Of a stretch of DNA of 64,000 nucleotides, positions 30,497 through 39,425 are shown piece by piece. Position 1 is the stretch's first letter. Every line of letters starts with the position of its first letter. The notes beneath the pieces are model-generated. The model did not search any database, was not told the DNA's origin, and saw nothing but the letters and a program-made list of their open reading frames with translations. The stretch lies in the NCBI GenBank assembly GCA_963793305.1, contig CAWBZV010000003.1:1120001-1184000 (forward strand), written 5' to 3'. The DNA comes from an uncultured Gemmatimonadales bacterium. GTDB lineage: Bacteria; Gemmatimonadota; Gemmatimonadetes; Gemmatimonadales; Gemmatimonadaceae. Both the position numbers and the translations under genes were made by a program.

Positions 30497-30912
30497 TACA
30501 TCGCGGGCTGGTCGCGGCACTCGTGGTCGCGATCGGCCTGAGCTTTCTCTTTTTCCGACCGGCCGGACGCGATTGGCTTGGCGTGCTTCTCGGCGCCGAA
30601 ACGCTATCCGTTATCGCGCTGGCACTGCTGTTGGTGTTCCGCACCGGGGGACCCCGATTGGCGGCCACAGGCGTCACGTTCGTTGCCGCGTTCATTCCGA
30701 CATGCGAGGGTGTCCTGATCGGGCATTATCCAGGCGGCAGTCCGGGACCCGCGCCGCCCTCCAGCGTCCCGCTCGTCCTCGCGAATCTCGCGGTCATGGT
30801 GCTCGCGGCTCTCAGCTTTCGCGACGAGGATCGGCCCACCATGGTCGTCATGCTCATGGCGACGGGCCTCACGATCGTCGCGATCGGCACGATCGACCTG
30901 TTGTATCGCTAG
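30493..30912 (+). CDS. small membrane protein
   Basis: About four to five hydrophobic helices. Start codon uncertain. Confidence 0.55.
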   Translation: MIHRGLVAALVVAIGLSFLFFRPAGRDWLGVLLGAETLSVIALALLLVFRTGGPRLAATGVTFVAAFIPTCEGVLIGHYPGGSPGPAPPSSVPLVLANLAVMVLAALSFRDEDRPTMVVMLMATGLTIVAIGTIDLLYR

Positions 30913-30980
30913 CTCGCCAGAGGCCGTAGCCGTCCGTTCACTCTGACGCCGGCGTGTGACATTGGCAATATTTGCATCCT

Positions 30981-32645
30981 ATGCCGATGCTCATTGCCTT
31001 GACCACACTCCTCGCCGCCACGACGCCGCGCGTCGAAGTCGTGGTCCCCGCCTCCGTGCACGCCGAGCCGATCACGGGCCGCGTGTTCGTCTTCTTCTCG
31101 CACGACTCCACGCCGGAGCCAAGACTGCAATCCGGCGGCATGGTGAGCGTGCCGTTCTTCGGCCAAGATGTCGACCAGCTCGCGCCGGGCACGCCGGGGG
31201 TCATCGACCTCAACTCGCAGGGATATCCCCTGCAGTCGATGTCGTCTCTGCCGCCGGGTGACTACTACGCGCAGGCGATTGTCAGCGTGTACACGAAGTT
31301 CGCGCGCGCCGACGGCCACACGATCTGGGCGCACATGGACGAGTGGGAAGGGCAGCAGTTCAATACCGCGCCGGGCACGCTCGTCAGCGCCGTGCAGCGC
31401 GTGCATGTCGATGCGGCCGGTGCCGTGTCGGCGCATTTCGAGGTCTCGCGCGTGCTGCCGCCCGTCCAAATGCCGCCGGACGACAAGTACGTCAAGCGCG
31501 TGAAGATCCAGAGTCAGATCCTCACCAAATGGTGGGGCCACCCGATGTACCTCGGCGCGGTCGTGCTGCTCCCAAAGAGCTACGACGAGCACCCGACCGA
31601 GAAATACCCGGCGATCTGGGAGCAAGGGCACTTCTCGCTCAGCGCGCCATTCGGGTTCACGTTCGATACCGAGTCGACAGCGCGACGGGTTCGGCGAAGC
31701 CAAGGCTCGGCGCGCGAGTCGGGCGCCGAGTTCGCGAAGTCGTGGTTGAGCGACGGGTTCCCGCAGATGGTCGCGTTCCGCATTCTGCATCCGTCGCCCT
31801 ACTACGACGACTCGTACGCCGTGAACTCGGCCAACAACGGCCCCTATGGCGACGCGATCATGCAGGAGCTGATCCCGTATCTCGAAACGCATTTTCGCGT
31901 GATTCGCGACCCCAGCGCGCGCGTGCTGACGGGCGGCTCGACGGGAGGCTGGGAAGCGCTCGCGCTCCAGGTCTATCACCCGGACTTCTTCGGTGGCACC
32001 TGGGTGTTCTATCCCGACCCGGTCGATTTCCGGCGCTACGAGCAAGTGAACCTGTACAGCGACACGAACGCGTTCGTGATCCACCGCAACGAGTTTATCA
32101 CCCAGTGGCGGCCGTCGGAGCGCACCGTCGACGGACAGCCCGTCGTGCAGCTCCACGAGGAGAATCAGCTGAACAACACGCGCGGCAGCCATCGGCGCGG
32201 CGGTGAGAATTTCGCGATCTGGGAAGCCACGTTCGGCCCGACGGACAAAGACGGCTATCCGGCGCCCATCTGGAATGACACGACGGGCGTCGTCAACCGG
32301 GACGTCGCAATGTACTGGAAGGATCACTACGATATCCGGTACTATCTCGACCAGAACTGGTCCAAGATCGGCCCAGACCTGGTCGGCAAGATCCACGTCT
32401 TCTGCGGCGACGAAGACAACTACTATCTCAACCTCGCCGTCTATCTCCTCCAGGACTATTTGGAGAACGTGAAGAACCCCGCCTACGGCGGTTCATTCGC
32501 GTATGGCCGTCCGCTCAAGCCGCACGGGTGGCAGCCGACGACGAGCGCGGAGATGATCCGCCAGATGTCGGCCTATATCGCCAAGCGCCGGGGCCGCGTG
32601 GCTGTCCATACGCCGACCATGAGGGCCAGCGCGCACACGAGTTGA
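30981..32645 (+). CDS. exported putative esterase (alpha/beta hydrolase)
   Basis: Signal peptide, VNSANNGPYGDA, nucleophile elbow GGSTGGW. Confidence 0.8.
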   Translation: MPMLIALTTLLAATTPRVEVVVPASVHAEPITGRVFVFFSHDSTPEPRLQSGGMVSVPFFGQDVDQLAPGTPGVIDLNSQGYPLQSMSSLPPGDYYAQAIVSVYTKFARADGHTIWAHMDEWEGQQFNTAPGTLVSAVQRVHVDAAGAVSAHFEVSRVLPPVQMPPDDKYVKRVKIQSQILTKWWGHPMYLGAVVLLPKSYDEHPTEKYPAIWEQGHFSLSAPFGFTFDTESTARRVRRSQGSARESGAEFAKSWLSDGFPQMVAFRILHPSPYYDDSYAVNSANNGPYGDAIMQELIPYLETHFRVIRDPSARVLTGGSTGGWEALALQVYHPDFFGGTWVFYPDPVDFRRYEQVNLYSDTNAFVIHRNEFITQWRPSERTVDGQPVVQLHEENQLNNTRGSHRRGGENFAIWEATFGPTDKDGYPAPIWNDTTGVVNRDVAMYWKDHYDIRYYLDQNWSKIGPDLVGKIHVFCGDEDNYYLNLAVYLLQDYLENVKNPAYGGSFAYGRPLKPHGWQPTTSAEMIRQMSAYIAKRRGRVAVHTPTMRASAHTS

Positions 32646-33046
32646 ACCCATCGGCCGATCGGCGCAGAGGCGTCGAGCACGGCAGCTGAGGGGTCACGGG
32701 GGTCGTAGTGCACGGTGACTCCCGTGCCAGGCGCGTACTTCTGCAGCATGGAGTGCGTCGCGTGGTCCCTGGACGGATGGAGTGCGCTCCAACGGGAGCC
32801 CGTGTACTGGTGCCCGTCAACGTCGAAGACGTAGGTGAGATGCAGTCGATCCGCGTGCATCCGGGAATTCCCCGATTTACCGAAGTACGTCCCGACATCC
32901 TCGGGCACGATGCTCGAGGCGACCATTGTGCCCAACGTCGTCGGCCAGCGCGCCGTCTCGGCGATGATGTCAACATCCTGGGCGCTCGAGATGGCCAGGA
33001 GTGCGCCAAAGGCAATCACCAGCCACACCAGCCACGAGCGTCTCAC
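32573..33046 (-). CDS. DUF3592-like membrane protein
   Basis: TM helix, WPTTLGTM, YVFDVDGHQYTG, VTVHYDPRDPSAAVL, TM helix. Confidence 0.75.
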   Translation of the reverse strand: MRRSWLVWLVIAFGALLAISSAQDVDIIAETARWPTTLGTMVASSIVPEDVGTYFGKSGNSRMHADRLHLTYVFDVDGHQYTGSRWSALHPSRDHATHSMLQKYAPGTGVTVHYDPRDPSAAVLDASAPIGRWVQLVCALALMVGVWTATRPRRLAI

Positions 33047-33840
33047 CGCGCCGCCCACTCGCGCAATAACGCGTCGCTGGCCGAGTCGGCTGGGAATGAC
33101 ATCTCCACGCGGAGCTCGTCGAGCGTCACGTCCTGCGGGGTACCGAAGGTGGTCAACGTGTTGAAGAGTCGAAGGACGGAGCCGTCGTCGAGCTGAATCT
33201 CGAGCGGCGACGTTGAGGACAACGGCACGTCGTCGTTGGCAATGTGGATCGGCGGCGCGTATGGCGACAGCTCGCGGAGCAGATCGTCCGACGGCGAGCC
33301 CGGCGCGGTCGCCGCCTCGCGGCGCAGGCGAGCCATGAGGTACGGCCCCGTCGACTGCCAACTGCGAATGCGCGGACGCAGGCCCGTCGGCGCGAACATC
33401 AAGCGCATGAAGTTCGGCTTGCCGTTCGGCGATAGTGACGCGAGCGCGGACGGATCGACGCAGCGCGAGACGACGCGCTCGTTCGCCGCGTTCCGCATCA
33501 CCATGTTCCAGTAGCGGTCGAGCACCATCGCCGGATACGGCTCCTGGTGCGAGAGAATCCGCTCCAGCGCCTCGCGCGCGCGCTGCATCGCCACGGCATC
33601 GAGGGTGCTCTCGGGATACATCGGCGCATACCCGGCGGCCGCAAGCAGGTCGTTTCGTACGCGCAACGGGAGATCGAGCGCGGTCGCGATCTTGAGCACC
33701 AGCTCACGACTCGGGTTGGCGCGACCCGATTCGACGAAGCTCAAGTGCCGCTGCGAGACGTGGGCCTTGAGCGCCAGCGCGAGCTGACTCTAATGTCGCA
33801 CGGCGCGCCACTCGCGCAGCAATCTCCCCAGGGCTGGCAC
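33043..33840 (-). pseudogene. XRE/MmyB-like regulator with an in-frame TAG at 33790-33792
   Basis: Reads LGRLLREWRAVRH*SQLALALKAHVSQRHLSFVESGRANPSRE; C-terminal TTFGTPQDVTLDELRVEMSFPAD. Confidence 0.82.
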
Positions 33841-33842
33841 GT

Positions 33843-33859
33843 ATTACCTCGGACGTAAT
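33843..33859. promoter_or_regulatory. inverted repeat, probable operator between the XRE regulator and the oxidoreductase
   Basis: ATTAC-ctcggac-GTAAT in the short divergent intergenic region. Confidence 0.45.
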
Positions 33860-33893
33860 TGAGCCGCAATGTCGTGCAATCTACCATCAATGC

Positions 33894-34859
33894 ATGAAGA
33901 CCATCGTGATTCAACAGTACGGTGGACCGGAGGTGCTCACAATGCGTGAGTTGCCGGTTCCCGAGCCAAAGCCCGGCGAGATTCGCATTCACGTCAAAGC
34001 CTTCGGCGTCAATCGCGCCGAAATCCACATGCGCGAAGGACACTGGGGCGACGTGTCCAAAATCTCCGGCATCGAATGCGTCGGCGTCGTCGATGCCGAT
34101 CCCTCCGGCGCGCTGCGTCGCGGACAAACCGTCGCCGCGATTGTCGGCGGCATGGGCCGCACGTTGCCCGGCAGCTACGCCGAATACACGTGCGTGCCAA
34201 TGAGCAACGTGTTCGTGCTCGACACCACGCTCTCCTGGGCCGATCTCGCGGCGATTCCCGAATCGTACGCGACCGCGTGGGGCGCCCTGTTCGATATCAT
34301 GTCGCTCCGGCCCAAGCACGTCGTATTGATTCGCGGCGCCACGTCCGCCCTCGGCCAAGCCGCGGTCAGTATCGCCTCGGACTACGGCGCCACCGTCCTG
34401 GCGACGACTCGGCGGACCGATCGCGTGAGGGGATTGGAGGCCCTCGGCGCATCGCGTGTGCTCATCGACCACGGGGTACTGGCCAACGAGGTGCACGGCA
34501 TCAATGGGGTGCTCGACATTGTCGGCAACCGCGTGCTTCGAGATTCCCTTCGCCTGCTCAAGAAAAACGGGACGCTGTGCGAGGTCGGCTTCTTGGGAGG
34601 CATGGAGCCAGTTGAGAATTTCAATCCCTTGCTCGACATGCCAAGTGGCGTGAACCTGCGGTTCTACGGGACGGGATTCGTGCTGGGCAATCCCGACTTC
34701 CCGCTGAGCGACATCCCCATGCAGAAGATCGTGGAGAAGGTGGCCAGCGGGGCGTACAAGACCAAGCCCGCCAAGGTGTTTCCGTTTGAGGCGATCCAGG
34801 ACGCCCACCGCCTCATGGAGTCCAACGAGGCCTGGGGCAAGATCGTCGTGACGGTTTAA
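33894..34859 (+). CDS. MDR-family (quinone oxidoreductase/zinc-binding ADH-like) oxidoreductase
   Basis: YGGPEVL, VKAFGVNRAE, GSYAEY, LIRGATSALG, AHRLMESN..GKIVV. Confidence 0.9.
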   Translation: MKTIVIQQYGGPEVLTMRELPVPEPKPGEIRIHVKAFGVNRAEIHMREGHWGDVSKISGIECVGVVDADPSGALRRGQTVAAIVGGMGRTLPGSYAEYTCVPMSNVFVLDTTLSWADLAAIPESYATAWGALFDIMSLRPKHVVLIRGATSALGQAAVSIASDYGATVLATTRRTDRVRGLEALGASRVLIDHGVLANEVHGINGVLDIVGNRVLRDSLRLLKKNGTLCEVGFLGGMEPVENFNPLLDMPSGVNLRFYGTGFVLGNPDFPLSDIPMQKIVEKVASGAYKTKPAKVFPFEAIQDAHRLMESNEAWGKIVVTV

Positions 34860-34891
34860 ACCTGTTCGACTATGGCGGTGTCCCAACACAC

Positions 34892-37252
34892 GTGCGCAAA
34901 TACCTGAATGGCGTGACGACGATCGCGGTGCTCACCATGGCACTCGGCATCGCCGCCACCACCGCCGTATTCAGCGTCGCCAACGGCGTGCTGTTCCGCC
35001 CGCTGCCATACAACAACCCGGCCGGCCTGGTCATGATCTGGGACCGCTGGGTCGGTTGGCCGTCCACCTGGCTGTCCAACGCCGACTTCGTCGACTACCG
35101 GGACAAGGCGCGATCCTTCAGCGCCGTCGGCGCTTTCACCTACGGAACGCGCAACCTGACCGGTGGCGACCTCCCGGAGCTCGTTCGCGTCGGCATGGCG
35201 TCGTCCGGCGTATTCGACGCACTTGGCACAGCGGCCGCGCGGGGTCGACTCTACACGGTTGGCGAGGACCAACCCGGCGCCGCGCGCGTGGCCGTGATCA
35301 GCGACGGCCTCTGGCGCCGACGGTTCGCCGGTGACCCCAGCATCGTCGGTCGCTCGATCTTGCTCGACGACAGCAGCACGACCGTCATCGGCATCATGCC
35401 CGCCGACTTTCAGATGCCGCTCGACTTTGGCGCCGACCCGATGGACGTTTGGGTCCCACTCGCACTCGGCCCCGTGCCGCCCATTCCGCGGGGCGGCCAC
35501 TATCTCAATGTCGTCGCCCGCCTCCGAAGCGGCATTACGACCGATGCCGCCAACGCCGAGGTCAAGGCTATGGGCGCGCAGATGGTCGTCGACTACCCCG
35601 CTCAATACTCGCCGGACTTCGGTGCTTTCCTCCGGCCGATGTCCTCGCAAGTCCTGGGCGACGTCCGCCCGACACTCGCCCTGCTGCTCGCGGCCGTCGC
35701 CTGCGTGCTCCTCATCGCCTGCGCCAACGTCGCCAGCCTGCTCCTCGCGCGCGCCCACTCGCGCCAACGCGAGATCGCGATCCGATCCGCGCTCGGCGCC
35801 AGCCCGGCGCGACTGCTGCGAGAGAACCTCGTCGAAGCCCAGATGCTCGGGCTTGCGAGCGGTGTCCTCGGCGTGATACTCGCCTTCGGCGTCGTACACG
35901 CCATCGCGGCGGCGGCACCCGCAACCATACCGCGAATACGACAGGTTGGCATTGACGGAACGGTGCTCGCGTTCGCGTTGCTTGTCTCCATGCTCACCGG
36001 TTTCGCCTGCGGGCTCGTGCCCGGCCTGCATGTGTCCCGGTCGAACCTCAACGTACGGGGTGCGACGGGTGAGAGGGTCAGGAGAGTGCTGATCACGGCC
36101 GAAGTCGCGCTCTCGGTCGTCCTCCTCGTCGGCGCGGGCCTCTTGCTCAAGAGCTTCGCGCGACTCGAACGGGTCGATCCGGGATTCTCATCGGATCACG
36201 TGCTCACCGCGCGCGTCAACCTGCCCGTCTCCAAGTATGCGACCAACTCCGCCGTTCACGCGTTCTACCGCCGCGCGACGGACCAAGTGCGCGCACTGCC
36301 GTCGGTGACCGCTGCCGGCCTCGTGCGCGTGCTGCCGATGACCGACATCATGGGCGACTGGGACTTGATGCCGGAAGGAAGCCGCGCCAAATACGCGGCC
36401 GACTGGCAGGTCATCTCCCCCGAGTACTTCCGCGTCATGGGCATTCCGGTGCGCGAAGGACGGGCGTTGACCGAGGCCGACGACGAGCGTGGCACGCCGG
36501 TCATGGTGATCAACGAGGCCACGGCGCGCCGCATCTGGCCAGATGGGCATGCGGTTGGGCAGCGCGTTCGCATGGGCGGGGGTACGGACAGTGTCTATCG
36601 CACCGTCGTCGGGGTCGTCGCCGACATCAAGCATCGCGGCCTCGACGCCGAGGCGCGCCCCGAGATCTATCTGCCCCACGCGCAGTGGCCGAACGGCGGC
36701 GGCACCGCGGCCGCGACGATGTACGTCGTCGTGCGCACCGCGCGCGATCCGCGGTCCCTCGTGGCCGACGTACGGCGCGCCATCCAAACGCTCGATCCGA
36801 ACATTCCGCTCGCCAACGTGAGAACCATGGACGACGTCATGAGCGGTTGGGCCGCCGCGCGGCGGCTCGCGCTCCTCGTGCTCGCCATGCTCGCGACCAC
36901 CGCCGTTGTGTTGGCCGCCGTCGGCTTGTACGGCGTCATCGGCTTCGCGGTCACGCAACGGACGAGCGAGATCGGCGTGCGGCGCGCGCTCGGCGCCCAG
37001 GCCGGCTCCGTTCTGGCGCTCGTCGCTCGCCAGGGCTCGGTGCCCGTCCTCGTCGGCATCATTATCGGGATTGCCGGCGCCTTCGGCGCCTCACGCCTTA
37101 TGGCTGCGCTGCTCTTCCAAACGAGCGCCGTCGATCCCGTCGTGTTCATTGCGGTCCCGGCGCTGCTCGGCGTGGTCGCCGCGGCGGCGAGCTACGTTCC
37201 TGCACGACGAGCTGTGCGGATCGATCCTCTCATCGCTTTGCGGCAGCAATAG
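34892..37252 (+). CDS. ADOP-type ABC permease (MacB/FtsX domains)
   Basis: MALGIAATTAVFSV, LLIACANVASLLL, REIAIRSALGA, EIGVRRALGA, PARRAVRIDP. Confidence 0.92.
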   Translation: MRKYLNGVTTIAVLTMALGIAATTAVFSVANGVLFRPLPYNNPAGLVMIWDRWVGWPSTWLSNADFVDYRDKARSFSAVGAFTYGTRNLTGGDLPELVRVGMASSGVFDALGTAAARGRLYTVGEDQPGAARVAVISDGLWRRRFAGDPSIVGRSILLDDSSTTVIGIMPADFQMPLDFGADPMDVWVPLALGPVPPIPRGGHYLNVVARLRSGITTDAANAEVKAMGAQMVVDYPAQYSPDFGAFLRPMSSQVLGDVRPTLALLLAAVACVLLIACANVASLLLARAHSRQREIAIRSALGASPARLLRENLVEAQMLGLASGVLGVILAFGVVHAIAAAAPATIPRIRQVGIDGTVLAFALLVSMLTGFACGLVPGLHVSRSNLNVRGATGERVRRVLITAEVALSVVLLVGAGLLLKSFARLERVDPGFSSDHVLTARVNLPVSKYATNSAVHAFYRRATDQVRALPSVTAAGLVRVLPMTDIMGDWDLMPEGSRAKYAADWQVISPEYFRVMGIPVREGRALTEADDERGTPVMVINEATARRIWPDGHAVGQRVRMGGGTDSVYRTVVGVVADIKHRGLDAEARPEIYLPHAQWPNGGGTAAATMYVVVRTARDPRSLVADVRRAIQTLDPNIPLANVRTMDDVMSGWAAARRLALLVLAMLATTAVVLAAVGLYGVIGFAVTQRTSEIGVRRALGAQAGSVLALVARQGSVPVLVGIIIGIAGAFGASRLMAALLFQTSAVDPVVFIAVPALLGVVAAAASYVPARRAVRIDPLIALRQQ

Positions 37253-38117
37253 AGAGAAACGCCGACAACGCCCGCGATAGTCGGTGTGGCTGGTAGACGG
37301 CGGCCAGCTCGGCTGTCGCCTGCACGCCGCTCAGTCGCCGAAACTCGACGCCTTCGAACCGGAGTCGGCGAACCGAGGCCGGAACCAGCGTGACGCCGAG
37401 TCCGGCGGCGACGAGCGTGAGAATGGTGTCGTACTCGGCGCTCTCGTGCGCCACCTTGGGCTCGAAGCCGGCGCGTTGGCAGATCCCGGTGAGCACGTCA
37501 TGGTGCGGCGGCGCAATGTGCCGCGGAAAGAGCACCCACGGTTCGTTGGCCAGCGCCGCGATCGGTATGATGTTGCGCGGCGCCAGGCGGTGATCGTGCG
37601 GCAGCGCGGCCACGAACGCCTCGCGGCGGACCACTTCGGCCCGGGCCCGCCCGACCGCGACCGGACCGCGGACAAGCGCGACGTCGACCAGGTCACGCTC
37701 GACCGCCTCGAGCTGCGACTCGGTCGTACCCTCGATCATCTCGAGGTGAATGAGCGGATAAGCGGCGCGGAATGCCCGGACCATTTCGACCAAGCCGCCG
37801 AGCGCGCCCGATCCCGTGTAGCCGATGCGCAGCCGGTCGACCTCGCCGCGCCCCGCGCGCATGGCCGCTTCGAGACTGCGGGCTGCCTCGGCCAAGGTAC
37901 GCCGCGCGCCGTCCAGGAGCGCCGTACCGGCGGGCGTGAGCTCGACGCGCCGGCTCGTGCGCACGAACAGCGGCGCCCCGATCGCGCGCTCGAGCTGTCG
38001 GATCTGCTGGCTCAGCGGCGGCTGGGAGACGTTCAATCGCCGCGCGGCGCGCGAGAAGTGCAACTCCTCGGCCACGGCAACGAAGTATCTAAGGTGGCGA
38101 AGATCAACGGCTTCCAT
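37230..38117 (-). CDS. LysR-family transcriptional regulator
   Basis: DLRHLRYFVAVAEELHFSRAARRLNVSQPPLSQQIRQLE. Confidence 0.95.
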   Translation of the reverse strand: MEAVDLRHLRYFVAVAEELHFSRAARRLNVSQPPLSQQIRQLERAIGAPLFVRTSRRVELTPAGTALLDGARRTLAEAARSLEAAMRAGRGEVDRLRIGYTGSGALGGLVEMVRAFRAAYPLIHLEMIEGTTESQLEAVERDLVDVALVRGPVAVGRARAEVVRREAFVAALPHDHRLAPRNIIPIAALANEPWVLFPRHIAPPHHDVLTGICQRAGFEPKVAHESAEYDTILTLVAAGLGVTLVPASVRRLRFEGVEFRRLSGVQATAELAAVYQPHRLSRALSAFLSIAAAKR

Positions 38118-38193
38118 TGAGATGCCCCGAGTATGGATAACAGTCGAACAATATATTGGCCGTCTTGAGGTTAAGCGGGCAACATCCATCACC

Positions 38194-39216
38194 ATGGACC
38201 TGATCGAGCGCATTGGCCGCGATGGCCACGAATCCGTTGTTTTCGTCTCCGATCCCGCGAGCGGCTACCATGGGATCATCGCCATCCACTCCACGCGTCG
38301 CGGCCCCGCGCTCGGCGGCACCCGTCTCTGGAACTACGACAACGGCGATCAGGCCATTAACGATGCCCTAAGGCTCTCCGAGGGCATGACGTACAAGGCT
38401 GCCGCGGCTGGCATGCCGTGGGGCGGTGGGAAGTCCGTCATCATCGCGAATTCCGCGAAGATCGACCGGAAGAAGATCTTTCAGGCCCACGGGCGCGCGG
38501 TCGAGAAGCTCGGCGGTCAGTACATCACGTCGGTGGACATCGGGACCGGTCCGGACGACATGGTCTATGTGAAGGAAGAGACCACGCACGTCGGCGGGCT
38601 CCCGACGCCGTTCGGCAGCCCATCGCCCGCGACCGCGCGCGGTGTGCAGCGCGCGATCGAAGCCGCGCTCTTGGACGTGTGCGGCACCGCCGATGCGGCC
38701 GGGCGGACGGTCGCGATCCAGGGCGTCGGCAACGTCGGCTATGGTCTCGCGCGTGGGCTCCACGACGTTGGCGCGAAGCTCGTCGTGAGCGATGTCGACG
38801 CCGCACGCGCGAAGCGAGTCGCCGAGGAGTTCGGCGCGCGCGTCGTGCCCGTCGACCAGATCCACGCCGAGAAGGTCGACGTGTTCGCGCCCTGCGCGTT
38901 CGGCGCCGGGCTCTCCGAGACGACCATCCCGCAGCTTCGTTGCGGCATCATCGCGGGCGCCGCGAACAACCAGCTCGCGACGGCGGCCGATGGCAAGCGC
39001 TTGGCCGATCGTAGCATAGCCTACGCCCCCGACTTCATCGCCAACGCCGGCGGCCTTATCTACCTCGGCCAGGAAGTCCTCGGCTGGACGGCCGAGCAGA
39101 CCATGGCAAAGGTCGACGGCATCTTCGAGACGGTTCGCGAAGTCTTCCAGCGGGCCGCGAAGCACAACGTCACGACCGCCGAAGCCGCCGTCTCGCTAGC
39201 GAAGGAACGCCTCTAG
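38194..39216 (+). CDS. Leu/Phe/Val (ELFV) amino-acid dehydrogenase
   Basis: GPALGGTR, MTYKAA, GGGKSVI, IQGVGNVG, AGAANNQL, PDFIANAGG. Confidence 0.92.
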   Translation: MDLIERIGRDGHESVVFVSDPASGYHGIIAIHSTRRGPALGGTRLWNYDNGDQAINDALRLSEGMTYKAAAAGMPWGGGKSVIIANSAKIDRKKIFQAHGRAVEKLGGQYITSVDIGTGPDDMVYVKEETTHVGGLPTPFGSPSPATARGVQRAIEAALLDVCGTADAAGRTVAIQGVGNVGYGLARGLHDVGAKLVVSDVDAARAKRVAEEFGARVVPVDQIHAEKVDVFAPCAFGAGLSETTIPQLRCGIIAGAANNQLATAADGKRLADRSIAYAPDFIANAGGLIYLGQEVLGWTAEQTMAKVDGIFETVREVFQRAAKHNVTTAEAAVSLAKERL

Positions 39217-39393
39217 GCAAGGCAGTCGGCAAGGCAAGTCGGCAAGGCAAGTCGGCAAGGCAAGTCGGCAAGGCAAGTCGGCAAGGCAAGTCGGCAAGGC
39301 AAGTCGGCAAGGCAAGTCGGCAAGGCAAGTCGGCAAGGCAAGTCGGCAAGGCAAGTCGGCAAGGCAAGTCGGCAAGGCAAGTCGGCAAGGCAA
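39216..39393 (+). repeat. 13-bp tandem repeat (GGCAAGGCAAGTC): 12 perfect copies plus two partial copies
   Basis: 12-nt variant at 39216-39227, perfect units at 39228-39383, partial unit at 39384-39393. No spacers. Confidence 0.97.
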
Positions 39394-39425
39394 CCCCGAG
39401 GACACAGCCGCGTGTCCAACCGGGG

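Noticed and set aside
33790..33792. Pyrrolysine or stop-codon reassignment
   Set aside because: TAG terminates many genes in this window and no pyl genes are seen.
39216..39393. CRISPR array, or the LADLPCRLALPTC repeat-protein ORFs
   Set aside because: The units are contiguous 13-mers without spacers and no cas genes are present. The peptide repeats appear in all three minus-strand frames simply because the unit length is not a multiple of 3.
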